A stretch of DNA of 64,000 nucleotides from Trichinella spiralis (Eukaryota). Under the pieces are notes generated by a model, which was given only the letters and a program-made list of their open reading frames with translations, did not search any database and had not been told where the DNA came from. The translations under genes and the position numbers were made by a program. This document shows, piece by piece, positions 27,876-41,700 of the stretch (its first letter is position 1; each line of letters begins with the position of its first letter). The stretch covers positions 8,606,140-8,670,139 of the forward strand of contig NW_003526941.1 of assembly GCF_000181795.1 (NCBI RefSeq). The letters are read 5' to 3'.

Positions 27876-30688
27876 ATAAATTGAATTCATGAATTGTGTT
27901 TGCTGCAACCGTTTTGAATACATACCTTTATAATGTAGAACTTTCCTATATTTATGTAAAATATAAAAAACAAAACCTCCTTCTTGAAGATAAAAAAGAT
28001 TAATTATCAGTAACGTTGGCCAATTGCAAAACAAAAAACGTTTTAAAGCTTCTTCGGTTAGTTCCAGTTCAGCCTTATTGTCTTTTGAGCTTTTCATTCT
28101 CAACAGAATACGATGCAGAAGTATGCCTAGTCGGAAGTATCAATACAGGCCGATGAGATATTCCGGATAAATGCTAAGAATTTGAAACAAAAATTCAACA
28201 TTAAAGTTAACAATATTGTACGTCAACTGCAAACTGTCCACGCAAACGCATTAATGAACGCAAAATAAAGAAACGTACATACCAAATACCACCACCAACA
28301 ACAAACAACAACTAGAGAGCATTAGTCAGCTGAAAATGAAATTGTCATAAATGCATCATTATGTGCAAGCAGTATGATAAACGTTCGTCGTCCAAAACTC
28401 ATTTTTCAATAATATATGAACAAATGCTTCGAATGTGTTGGCTCATTATTTTCATGTTGAAAAATTAAAAATTGAATGAAAATCTGCGAATGAAAAATTA
28501 ACAAAAATCCACGCCACCATTAGAGAAATTTTGCAGTTTACAGTTCGTGAGAATGTGAATAGATGAATTACGTGCATGCAATCTCCGCTTATCTTTTCAC
28601 GATCAAATATTGAAAATTTTCAGATGTATTTGATAAAGTTAGCGATCATGTAATAAAAAAAAGGAACTTGTAAACGGACAAACAAATAAACAAACAAACA
28701 AACAAACAAAGAAGAAACAATCCTACCTGCCGATCAGCTTGTGTGGCGGGTGATTCCAATTTGACAGCTAAATAAAATATCATTGCCAGCATGATCAAAA
28801 TTCTGCAACAAATTGAATCAGTTGATTTGAAATTCAAATAATTCTTTAGTCGTATACATCAACAAAGCGACAACGAATGCTTTATTCAAGCCGAATCCAT
28901 TCAAAACATCAAGAAACATATTTTTACACAAACAACAGCTCACTTCCGTACAAGGGGAAACGCCTCCGCCGTAAGGTTGACTGACCTGTACAGTAAATTA
29001 AATATATTCAAGTTCAAATCAATTAATGACTACAGAAGTTTGATACGTTAATTTATTTATGCATTATCATCATCAAATAAAAATACATTCACTGCAAATA
29101 ATAAATAATAAACTTTTTTTTCTTTTTTTATTAAAATGAAATACACCCGCCGAAAATAATTAGCAACTTTAATTGTGTTTTTCTTATTGGTTTCTTATTA
29201 CTGTTCAATTGCACTCAAGTGATAAATAACAACGACCTTTCAAAATGGAAAAAAAAAACATTTCGAATTACCGTAAAAACAGTGTGTGTGTGTGTGTGTG
29301 ACCATGTGTGCGTATGTGGAGTGTGTGTATGTGTGTGCCTGCATTATAAATATAGTTCAAAATGGAAAGCACTGTTCTTTCGTATGACCAATGCATAAAA
29401 ATTTACATTTACCTAAGAAAAAAAAAAACTCATTTTCAGCATTATTAGTTCAGTACGACAATGGTGAAACAACAGATGAAAAATAACAAATTGACAAGCG
29501 TTTTTTCAACCTTTATTCCGTCCAGTATCGCGGCATACAAGCGACAGCAAAGCGCCGCCGTCTACCAACGGCTGCTTTGCGTTGAAGAGAAAAATTCTGG
29601 GAACCATCAGTTGAATGAGTGAAAATTATCATATCGATTGAGGACCCCTTTATGGTTGCTTTCACAGTGGTGTGCAAAAATGTCAAAATTGAAAGAAAGT
29701 AAGAAAAAAGCCATCGTTCAAAAGTTTCTCGCTTCTGGTCTCTTGAAGAGATGAAATGATTGAATGAAAATTTCACGCGAATGAAAAAATACAACGAAAA
29801 TGAAAAATAAAAACTGAAAAAATAATGGTAAAACAAAAACAATCGAACAAGCAAAACCACACCCGGCGAGACAGGGAGTTTTCAGCTGGTTCGATGAGAT
29901 AAATGCAAGGCAAAAACGGTATGTCAAATAATAGCTCGGCCGCACAGCAATCAATCTTCCTCAAAAAAATGCAAATTGCAAAAGTATATATATATATATA
30001 TATACGTGTGGTGTGTGTGTGTGTGTGTATGCGTGTCTGAGTGCGTGTGCAAGAAGATGGTAATGTGTTGGGTTTTCGTGTTTGTTTATAGGTAGATGAT
30101 GTGCATAAATAAATGAATGTGCATGTGCATGTGCTGCAGCAGCAGCAGCAGGTGAGCTGCGTGCATCAGGGGTATGCTGAGGAACGTGTTCTGTGTTTCA
30201 TTTGGGTGAACAAGAAAGAACACACAGGCACGTCCGAGCCTGGATGGATGGATGGATGGATGTGCGCCTTTCATAAAAATAAATAAATATGCAAAAAAGT
30301 GGAAAAAAGACAAAGAAAACCAAACGAATAAAGCAAAGCAATCGAAAGAAATCGAAGAAAAAGTGAAAAAAATTGATGATGATAAGAGCAAAATTTTCGT
30401 TTTTTATAGCAAAATAAAAAATAATAATGAAATTAGAAAAAAGAGCGGAAGAAGTTGTAGATAATTAATAAGACGAATCAGTTTTGTAGGCAAAAAAAAG
30501 AAAACAATTGTTTTAAATAAACAAATAAATGCTGCTAAAAGAAACTGATGTAGCGCGCAGAAGCTGAATGAGGAGAGCGAGAGAGAGGGAGAGAGAGAGA
30601 GAGAGAAAAGAAGTAAAAAGTGAGAAAAGAAAAGATCCGTGATCAAAATGGATAAATGGATGAATCAAGCAATCAATATTTTGGTGGA

Positions 30689-33600
30689 TCAATTGTTGGC
30701 CGCCTGCGCCGCTTGTTCGCCTTTTCCCGATACAGAAGCGGGTGTGGCGTTGGCGTTGGTTCCGCTGTCGACCACTTTGATGGTGCCGACCAAATTGCGC
30801 TTGAATTTGGCACGACGATTTTTGAACCAAATTTTCACATTGTGCGATGACACTGGGGGATAAGTCTGCCGGTAGGGCATCACGTTCAACATTTCAGTAA
30901 ATTGGTCAACTTGCACCCAGCTAGGGTGTGGATTTTCCTCGAACCAACGTTCCAACATGGGCAACTCGGTCAACGGGTCGAACATCAGCCTGGTTCGGTT
31001 GGCGCTGATGTTGAACAACGGCGACGTGGTGGAAGTGGAACCGCCCGAGCCGGACCCGGCGGTTGTACCGCCGTTTTCTGTGGCGCCGGTGGCAAGCAAC
31101 GTCGGCGAGCCGATGTCGCCGGCGCTCTGGCAGCCGGCCAGAGTCTGACCAAAATAAAGCGCCTGCTGGTCCGCATCCGGATCGTCTTTGACATTGACAG
31201 ACATGTCGCCGGAAGTTCTGGAACTCGCCGACGGACTCTGTCCGTTGCTGTGGTCGCTGCCCGCTTGTTGCGCTTGCGGTGACGACGCGGAACCGCCTGC
31301 CGTGGCCACGCCCACGTCGCCGGCACTGTCCAAATCCAAGTCGGCCAGCACCGGCGCCACCGAACTGCCGATCTCCGCAACGGCGCCCAGGCTGTTGGCA
31401 GAAATCGACGGAGGCGAGCCGACGCCGCAGCAACCGGCGCCGGTACTGCTGTTCAACGTCAACGTCGAGGACGATGTCGACGACGACGATGCTGCTGCTG
31501 CTGCTGCTGCACTGGGCTGTCGCCGACCACCGGTCACGGTCCTGCTGCTGCCACCGCTGGACAATGGCCAAGAGTCGCCTTGTTCCATTGGTTCCTGGCC
31601 GCCTCGGGTCGGCTGACCGTCGAAACGTCGATTCGGCCAAGAACGATTGCGCATTGTGGCCCGTGCGTTGATGAACCAATTGCAAATCTGCTGGTAAGTG
31701 ATCTTGCTGCTGTGCTTCCTGTAGCTGGAGTTGTTCATCAGAGTCATGTATTGGAGCAATTTTTGACGAGTAGGATTCGGCGTCTCGCGGAACCAGCGCT
31801 CCAATTTCGGAATCTCCAACGTCGGGTTGAATCGACTTGAACAATGACCAATTCCCGACTTGCCCACACCCGTACTGCCATTGTCACCGTTACTTTGCGA
31901 CGTCGACGACGACGGCCACTGGGACTGCAAACTGCTGCTCATTTTGGTCTTGCTCAACTGCTCCAACCACACGTTGAACAGATGCATCAGCTGCGCGTCC
32001 ACAGCCGGGGGTCCGTCTCCTTGCACCAAATTTGTCACCAATCCCTAAATTTTCAACCAAAAAACTTCATTCTGTACGTCGCGTTCGTCAAATTAACATT
32101 GAAATTACCAAAGTATAATAATACCTTTTACTCACATTCAAACCGTATAACATTTACCGTATAACAAAAGAAATGCAAGTTATTAAAATTACAAAAAGAA
32201 AAAAAAACATTTAACACTTTTCCGCTGAACTTTCAACATCAATTTTAATACTTTTAACAATTGAACAATAAATTGACATAAAACAATTCGTTTGACTTCG
32301 TCGAACCAAAAAATATCAAGTGAAGTAAAATGAAATAAAATCTGTCCTTTTCGTCGAAATTATTTCAATAAAGCAATGTCAAATGAAAATTATTCCGAAT
32401 ACAAAAAATCATAAAACAAATCAACTTCGCCTGTGTATATAGTTTTGTTTTATCATTGTTGAAACCTGTTGAAAATTTCAGACGTGATTCAGATTGATAA
32501 TTAAGTGTTGAACAACAATATCAAAAGTGATGGAAAATTGAAAAAAGAAAAAGAAAATGAAGATGAAAAGCAAAATATCCGTAATATGCTAAATCTAAAT
32601 GAGCACCGAGATGAAGAACTACTACTACTACTACTACTACGACTACGACTACGACGACGACTACTACTACTGATCGATAATTCAATTCTCTGAGAAGAAA
32701 GATTAAACGGAAGGTGCAAATCCTAACTAAATAAAGCTAATATTGTCGAAAGCATGAATTGTGTGAAAAATTGCTAATAGCAGATGTTTATTATAAATAA
32801 CAAAGTTGATTGAAACGAGGTGACAAGAAATGAAAGCTCACCTTAAGTTGAGGCAGATGGATATCGTTCCCAATTTGAGGTAGTTTCTGCCAGATGGTCT
32901 GAAGCAAACGATCTTTCATATCACGTAAGCAATCGCTGACTGCGTGATCGGATCTGAATGAAGAGGACATTTTTCAAAAAAAAAACAAAAAAGAAAAACA
33001 TGCAATCAACAAAATAAAAACATATTTCACAAAATTATAGCAACAGAGATTATTTCTTTATTTTTTCCTTTTGCAAGTGAACATGCTTGCTTTTGATGAC
33101 GACGATGATGCTAAAAGTGTGTGATTTATCTATTCGCCAGTCGTCTGAACGAGCATTAATCACCGACTGACATTCCAGAGGATATTTTGAAATGAAAACA
33201 ACAAACGAAAATACATACTGTTTGGTGATGATGCGTAAGGTCAGGTGATTGCTGATATCTTTCAGCAAATTCTCCACTTCAACATCAGGATCGTCAGTTA
33301 GCTCTTCAAACGACAACGGTTTCCAGTTTTTCACTTGAATTGTACCTTTAAAAAAGGAATATATATATGATTAAATACTTCCAAAATAATATAATACAAT
33401 ACAAATTGCATTGAATTCAGAACAAAATAACTTATCAAAACAAAAATGTTTATCTTGTTTATCTATTATTGTTATTATTATACCAGTAGGTTTGCATTTG
33501 CCAATTACTTACTGATTGTATATTTTAAGGCAATCAAATTCGCCCACAATCAGAAAGTTATCACTTTTGTAAACTTATGCAACGATTCGATTAAATAATC

Positions 33601-36600
33601 GTTATCATGAAATGTCTTATTGAACAAGGGAAAAAATGTTGATCATCAACTAACTTGGTGATGTATGACAATAATGTTCGTCCGAAAATGCACAGCTATG
33701 TGCAATTGCAAACGAACAATTCGTCTTGTGCCTATCAAAAATCTGTCATATAACTAGGTGAAAAGCAACAGAACAATGGGCGGTGCATGACGATAACACA
33801 CGCAACGGATATTTTGCGTAGTCAAGCATAAACAATCTTTTATGGTCACTTATAACAAACAATATGTCAACTGCAACATAAAAATAATCATAAACAACAA
33901 ATTGAATTTGAACAAATTTTCCATTAAAGAAGCAAACTTTTGCTCAAAACATATCATTATTGTTAGTAGTAGTAGTAGTAGCAACAAATACCAGTAGTAT
34001 GCATAAAAAAATAAATTACAATTTTAACAAATTAATTACAAATTTCTATTATTAAAATTAATATTACAAATTACAAGAAAAAAAGAAAAGCAAGTTTTGA
34101 ACAAACTAAGCTAACGATGAAAGCAACAGTGGAAAAGTCAAATAGAAGAAACAACTAGACTAGAAAGCGTTGAGATGAAAAAAATCCGTTTGGTTACACG
34201 TTGCTCAACAAACAACATACGAAGATCTCCAAAGTCAGGATCGGATTAGCTGAATTCAGATTCACTGAAATAATCATCATCAACATTTACTCATGGTTGG
34301 TTGGTTCACTTCTGCACAATTCAAAAGTACATTTATCAATGGGCCATTCATCCTGCTTGAGCTTGTATATGAAGTAAAAAAAGCACGCGCTTGGATTGTA
34401 TTTGTGTTGTAATAGATTTTTTTTCCACAAAATGACTGGAATAAAGCAGCGTAAAATGTGCATTCAACAATATTGCACAATTAATTGTTCAAGTCGACTA
34501 TTTTGCAAATGCAAATGCAACCTTATTTTATCATTATGAATTACAATATTATCCATGAACTAAGTAACCTTTCAAGCAGAAATTATTTCGTTGCTACCAA
34601 GTAATTGTTATGCAATGGAGAAGAATTATTAAACCGTCGTTTATCCATTAGGTAATTTATTTTTTTAATTATTTTTCTGTTGGATAATTTTATTCACCAT
34701 CATCGTTGTTCTGGGCTTGCCTACTTTACTATTATTCCAGTTGTTTGTTTGTTGCTAAGTTTGCAGTTTTAGTTTGTTTGCTGCTACGCTTTTCCGAAAA
34801 ACAGCAGCAATAAGATACGTAGTAGCTGTTGTGCACGGAAAAAGCAACAATGACAAGGATGCCCAATTGTTGGTTTGTGAAAAATATTGAAAAATTGAAT
34901 CCGTCAGGATCGGCTCTTTCGAGCCTGAACAAGGGTCATCCGTCTTCAACGGCGCGTGAAGAATTCAAGATCCATCCGCTTGAAACCGCCGAATCCCGTT
35001 CCACTCTTCCAACACGCAGACGTGCAGACACGACACGCAACGCACAACAGCCAACAAGACCGACCGATGCTGATCAGTCATCTTTGATAAAGATGCACAC
35101 GCTGGATCTACCTACCTACCTACCTACCTACCAACCACCTCTTCTTCTTCTTCTAAAACTTGCCTCTCATTTTTATTCTTCCCTCTCTTTCAAATAAAAC
35201 AAACCCTCTCTGCTTGTCTGATTTCTTGCTCGCTTGCTTGTTGTCAATGACGCATGCAAGACAACACAACAGACCTGACTACACAGATTTCATATTTTAT
35301 TCACTCACTCACTCACTACTCGTAATAATTTCACCCAACACACTAAATCAACAGCAACAACAAACAACAAGCTAATCACCAACCGACTAAATTATTATGA
35401 ACACAGTCAGCCAGCTTATACTTTTTTTGACCAGATTTTGAAAAAAAATGCAAATTAAAAACAGTTATTTGCAAATTACTGATAATTAAGTGATCATCAA
35501 TATTAAATATGAACGAAAATTTAAAAAAACACAGAATAATGAATAAATTTCAATTTCTTGTAAAATACTTCATCAATTATCATTTAAGAGTAATATATAT
35601 AAGACGGAAAGAAAAGAACATACTGTAGATTTTTCAGAACCATAAAAATGATAAAAAGAAAAGAACCTTGATCTAGTGTGCTTGTCGTCCTTCGACGGAT
35701 CGTCCGTCGTAAAAATGCCGTCGGTCGGCATTTCAAAGTTGGCCAATTAGCCGGTCACAGGGTAAAGCTATTGAAAAGAACAACAATTCATTCTGTGTCA
35801 AGGCAAAATATACACGCCAGGCTACATAATACAATCGCTGCTTGCTTCACAGATAAATATATGAATAGACAGAAATAAAGCAAAATATGCATACATACAA
35901 AGTGTTACTTCTTCGGTCAATTTGAAAAACATTTCCTCGTACGTTTCAATTCAAGCTACTGCATACAAAACAACCAAAGAAAGCAGAAATGCAAAAGCCT
36001 ACCTCTCATACATATATAAACTTATATGGAAAAACAATGGCCAATTTTCAGCCTAGCCTTAGTTTTTTCTTCCATTATTATATTTATATGAAAAACAATC
36101 TATAAAATCAAAAACTTCAACTGATTCATATTTTTAGTCTAGTAAAATGCTATGCGAGATTTTTGGTTCTTTTTTCTTTTTTAAATTTTTGCTCTCCCAG
36201 TTGGAAATTGAAATGTTGGAATAGTTTTGTCGAGCATTGAACATCGATCTCTAATCTGGGCTAACGGCAAGCACGACCAAAGCGTAAGCTGGCCTTTTGG
36301 CAGCAGTCGGCTTTGTGTAATTATTATTATTATAAAGCGTAGTAGCGTGCCAAGCACGAAAGCACCACTACTATACTAGCCAGACCGACGAAAACCCGAT
36401 ACGCCAAAGCTGACGAAACGGGATCTGCAAATAAAAGAAATGCAAAAAATATACCCCACACACTGATGATGAATGGTAGTAGTAGTAGTAGTAGTAGTAG
36501 GGTAGAATCATCTGTCTCTGCATCAAATTTATGGATGGGCTTTTTGAATTGTTGAACAAAGCCACCAATTCTCAAATGAACTAACAGCTAATACTGAATT

Positions 36601-39600
36601 TTTGTCACAACCAAAAAAAAGACACTAACGATAATAATAATAATAATAATAAATATCTACCCCTTTCTGCGTAACGACACTTTTACAAATACTAAAAAGA
36701 TCGATTTGAATAAATTTTCACTTTTTTCATGTGCCAATAAAAAAAACAAATAATGAATTATTTTATAAGCTTGGTTGATTGTTTTTCATATTTTTTCTGA
36801 TAAACAAGGAAGATTTTTTTCTAATTTTATGATCCAGGGCAGCAGGGATGATGTATCAGTCAGTGGAAGAGATGGATAGATGTGTGCATGTGTGTGTGTG
36901 TGTGTGTGTTGATTGAACTAATAGAATGAAATTTTATTTATGAGCGTCAGCAATCCGACAATATAACGGATAATATATAAGCATTTTCATTCTTATTTTA
37001 TCTTCTGGTTCATTAATTTTCTCTCGCTCTTTCTCTCTCCCTCTTTATCCATCTCCCCCTGTTATCCATTATCATTATCATTATCATCATCATCCTGTTC
37101 TCTTTCCTTTGCTTTTCTCGCTGAATAGGTGCTGAACCAAACAACCGATAAACGCCACACGCTTGCACGCAAACGTTGCGCTTGTTTCCGGCCGCGGCTT
37201 CATTGTTGACGAGGCAGCATCACCAATCCGCCTGTCGTCGGTTGATTATTTATGTCGACCAAAGGATCCTCTCTTTCTCCCCCTCTCCTCCTCTGCATTC
37301 GCTGCTGATCTATGAGGCAAGAACACGAAGAAAATGAGTGAGCTTTGCACAGACTGACAGACGAAGCGGAATTGTGAATAGCCGACGGCGTAGTCAACAG
37401 CTGCGGATCGCAGATCATCCTCTTCATCAATGTCGTCAGTGGTTGCGAATTTTTCCCAAATGCCGCAAAGGTAAAAAGGAAATGAAAAAGCGGAAAAAGC
37501 TAGCTGAACAACGCAAGCAAGCAAACAAGCACTGAACAATTTTCTTCTTCGTACGGTCGTCAAGTGTGTAATTTAATTTAAATGAAAAATACTTTCACTC
37601 AAATTTCAATATTCTTCGACATCGAATTCAAATATCAGAACTGCAGTATCCTCGTTGAACTGCTGATAATCATCATCTTCTCGTTAGCCAAAGACTACTA
37701 GTACTAGGCATGCGTTAAACTTTCACCTCTATTTAAACATCATTAAACAAGCAAACATCACTGGAACAAGCTTTAAAAGCGTACATATACATACACGTGT
37801 ATTTGCAGTGACCCTTAACAAACAAAAACACACCTGCACTCATCACAACTGACAACTACCACATACTGCATCAAAGCATAATGTAATACATATGTTGTGC
37901 CTTTATGAGGATAAAAATGAAATTGCGACGAAAAAGCATATTTAATTAATTTTCACTTTTGCAATTTATCCAACTTATCCAAAGTTGAATAAAGTTGACT
38001 GAGATCATTTTGCATACGAAGCTGTTTGTCAAAGCCTGACGCTCACACAAATTCCAAAACGGATAAGCATTGATATGCAAAACCTTCTCGTTGTTGTTGT
38101 TGTTCTTGAAGAAGAAGAAGAAGAAGAAAGAAATAAAAACAAGAATCTCATATCAAGTAAAATCAAAAAATTAATTAACTTTCTCAGCTTAAATAAATCT
38201 TTCTTGAATGGAACATTCGGAACAGATATCACGTAAATAGGACGTAAGTATGAATGGATGAGAATATTTTTCAAAAAAAAAAGATTTCAAATGGTATAGA
38301 ATGTAATTTTTCCAACCATCCAACTGACTGTAAAATGGAATACATCATCAGATATGGTCATCATCACGTTTTCAAAGTATACACCAACTAATCGCCCACC
38401 GCAACAAAGTGATAAATTCGATACGGAATCGTTGGACAAGTTTGATTTGTCGTCAAGGCGGGTCGTCATTTGTTGATTGATAAGCACAAGAAAGATCAGT
38501 ACAATAAATGCCCAAATAGTACCAAAAGGCAAATAGTTGAAATGATCAAACGTATAAAATGAAAGATAAACGTTGACACAACATCAAAGTGATTTTCCAT
38601 GCTAGAAATTGAACTACTTGTTTACTTTGCTGTTCAACAATACAATACGTTGTTAGTTTGAGTTTGAACATTTTCCATTTCTGTATAAAAGTGACAAAAT
38701 CAAGCATCATCGAACAGCATACCATATATCCGCAGTAGAATACCCCTCTTGTTGCGTATTGAAGAAATTTGAATAATTCATCAAAAATTTTACACACAAA
38801 TGAAAAAATTATTGTAAAATCACCACTTGTCATTCGATATTAAATTATTAGATCAAAATCAATTCGAATGTAAACAGTGAGCACGAAATTGTTCAGTAGA
38901 TTGGTTGCTAATTACAAATTTTGCGTTTCCTATTCCACTTCTTAACTATGTACAATGACGGATTTTACGAACTAGAAAAACAGGACGACGTAACTTTACA
39001 AGCGATTGCCCAGAAGAATAACAAGAAACTAGTCGCTAACGTATCATCAACTAAACAAAAAGGTACAATTTGAAATATTTTAGCCGCTTAACGAAACGAG
39101 AATACTGAAAATGCAAATGGAAATTTCCCAAATGCATCACACACACACAATATAGGTGATTATAGCATACGTACGATGTATATATTCAAATTAAAAAATA
39201 ATTTTAAAAAATTTGTAAAAATTGTATATATATATATATAGTAATTTTTTATCTGCAAAGCTAATCTCAACCAACTACGCGAAAGGTTACACCTCTGATT
39301 CACGATGACGTAAAATATAATTAATGTAAAAGAACCATATTCCAAAACTGATCTTTTCAGTGAAACTTTGAAAAATAAAATATACAAATAATTAATTAAT
39401 TTATTACATTTTCTTTAAAAAGAAAAAAAATTTTTTTTTGAAACTTTCAATTCCAATATTCTGCTTAAATCAGAATTTCAAAATGAAGAAAACAAATTCA
39501 TTTCGACGTAGTAACCCTGAGATGATTATCTATTTTTCGTGACGGAATGGAAAATTGAAAGAAGAGCATGGAAAAGAAAGCATGCAGAAAAGCGTCAAGA

Positions 39601-41700
39601 TGGAAAATATAGAATGCTCAATTTGTGTATAATTAATAATTATTTTTTTCAGAAAAAAATTTAAATATTTACTGTATACGAGAAGAAGAAGAAGAATGAA
39701 TGAATGAATAATGAAATCTTCCACCCCCCCCCATTCACCATCTTTCATCCAAATAATAAAGACAAACTACTTCGTTGTGTAGGCTGCTTGCTGTCTCTCA
39801 ATCTCTCTTTCTCTCTGTTCAACAAAACTTTGTTGGAGAAAATTTATCGCATTCCGCGTTTGTTTGTTGCTAGCTGCTTGTGAATGCAACAATTTGGAAA
39901 TGCTATTTCCATTTTTAGTCACACAACGGACTGTGTTTTATTTCTAATTTTCTCTCCCCCACCCCCACTTTTCCTTTATTCCATATCTTGACTCTCAGTC
40001 TACCTGATTGTAGAAGAAAAATTTCTTCAACTGAATATAATATAAAATGAAATATGGCAAAAAAGATCTTCCAAAAACTACCAACAATATTTATACTTTG
40101 GGCATATAAATATTCTGCTCTTTCATTATTATTCTGTTGTTCAATTTTCCAAAAGTGCACCAGTCCGTGCAATCAGTATCGCTTTTGCAAGGTCAACGTA
40201 GATTAAAAATCACCAAGGTTATCCAGATCCGTCGTCGGATGTGGAAAGCAATACTCCAGTCTAATAAAGGCATTGCCATCACATCCAAGGTCAGACAGGT
40301 CAAAGATGGCTAAAAGGTCGTCGTCAATCGAAGAACAAGATGAAGAATATGACGATGAATAAGAAAGAAATGAGAAAAAAAAACCAAATTTCCAACATTG
40401 GTGGTAATAGAAGAAAGCAACAGATGGAAAAAATAAATCAAATAAAAAATTATACGTACAGTTCAAAAAATGATAATAAACTAAAACCAAAAATTTGCAG
40501 ACCATCGAATTACCCCTCATGTTTTAGAATGAAAAAAATGAAGCAAGCAATATCCAGATATCATTTCTAATCTATCAAATTTCGACAATTGAAGAACAAA
40601 AAAAACGAAATAAATAAATAATTGCAATTAAATTGCAACTCTCCAACAGTATGATGACGATAATCATACAATGGTTAAGGAACATGCAGCTGAAGTTGTG
40701 CAGGAACACAATAACCGTCGACAAAGTTGACAAATGCTCGTGACAGCCATGGAACTGGTCGAGCTGACATTGTTTACAAGATCTCGCCTTTAAGCTGACC
40801 AGACAGACAGACAGTCGACCAACATGCAATTCTAAATGCACCGGTTTCTTTTCGAATACTGGGTAGGTTATTATTATTATTAATGGAGAGAGAGAGAATA
40901 TGGGCAAGGCTTTTGCTCACTCTTATTTCTATTTCTGTGTCCATTTCCCTGTGCTACTAGTGTTTATTTGGCTACTTATACTATATTGCAAAAAAAAACG
41001 AATTTTTCTCCCTTTTTCTACTCCTGTTGTGTGCGTTTGCTTTTCGTATATTTTTGCTACTTTGCTTTTTTTTCGTTCTTTTGGCTCTCTGCTCAACCAA
41101 GCAACAGCATCGTATATTTGAACAGAAAAAAAAATTAAAGTTTTTCAATAAGCTCGGTGGAAAAAAAATAAATGTTGCACAAGGGATGAATGCACGATTT
41201 ACAATCGGGGAAACAATTCCAGTCGATCCGGTCTCACTCAAGGTCGACCCTGAATAGGTGCACGAGGACGCTAGCCGGATACGCGTGCACTTTCGAACAA
41301 AACGATAAAACCACACACGCGCTTATATATATATATACATATATATAAACACAAGCACCCAGATGCACGTATGTGCATACAAAATTACATATAATGCTAT
41401 CATTCCTTTACAAGGCTAAGCCTTCCTCGATTTGCATAAGAATACCCATTACAGATGAAAGTTAAAAAAAAACCAGAGTTTGATTGAAATGAACAAAAAT
41501 CCAAACTTACCCTTGGCACCGTAGCTGAGATGCTGCAATCCAAGTGCTGCGAGCACAGTGTCGACGAGCTGGGACAACTGCGTGAAGCCGGAAACAATCG
41601 CGTAAGAGTCCACGAGCACAGTGGCTCCAGAGTCAGAACATTTGATGCACTGACCATCGGCGACCGTCTCGACCACACAGCGAATTGGAAACATGGCCAT
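30689..41700 (-). CDS. dve-1: DVE-1 / defective proventriculus / SATB-like transcription factor (COMPASS/ULD domain plus two homeodomains); exons 41700-41511, 33345-33219, 32953-32842, 32044-30689
   Basis: The spliced N-terminus MAMFPIRCVVETV...DSYAIVSGFTQLSQLVDTVLAALG...AKG-TIQVKNWKPLSFEELTDDPDVEVENLLKDISNHLTLRII is the COMPASS domain. The homeodomains are RFNPTLEIPKLERWF...ICNWFINARATMR and RTRLMFDPLTELPMLERWFEENPHP...VKIWFKNRRAKFKR. Intron phases (1, 2, 0) are consistent. Confidence 0.93.
40223..40299 (-). ncRNA. Candidate intronic pre-microRNA hairpin, sense to dve-1
   Basis: The minus strand folds by eye into one long stem. GUCUGACCUUGGAUGUG pairs in register with CACAUCCGACGACGGAU (15 of 17 positions, counting G-U). 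GGCAAUGC pairs with GUAUUGCU (8 of 8), followed by UUUA/UGGA and a loop of about 6 nt. Confidence 0.45.

Noticed and set aside
28075..28175. Possible minus-strand terminal exon (HLSGISHRPVLILPTR...) after a TTCTTAG acceptor
   Set aside because: No upstream donor or homology supports it.
30902..31844. Long alternative-frame and antisense ORFs over the dve-1 last exon
   Set aside because: These are shadows of a GC-rich coding exon with no recognisable domains.
38000..38021. TGAGATCATTTTG, matching the first 13 nt of bantam miRNA
   Set aside because: The 3' half diverges and the upstream sequence does not form a proper complementary arm, so it is probably chance.
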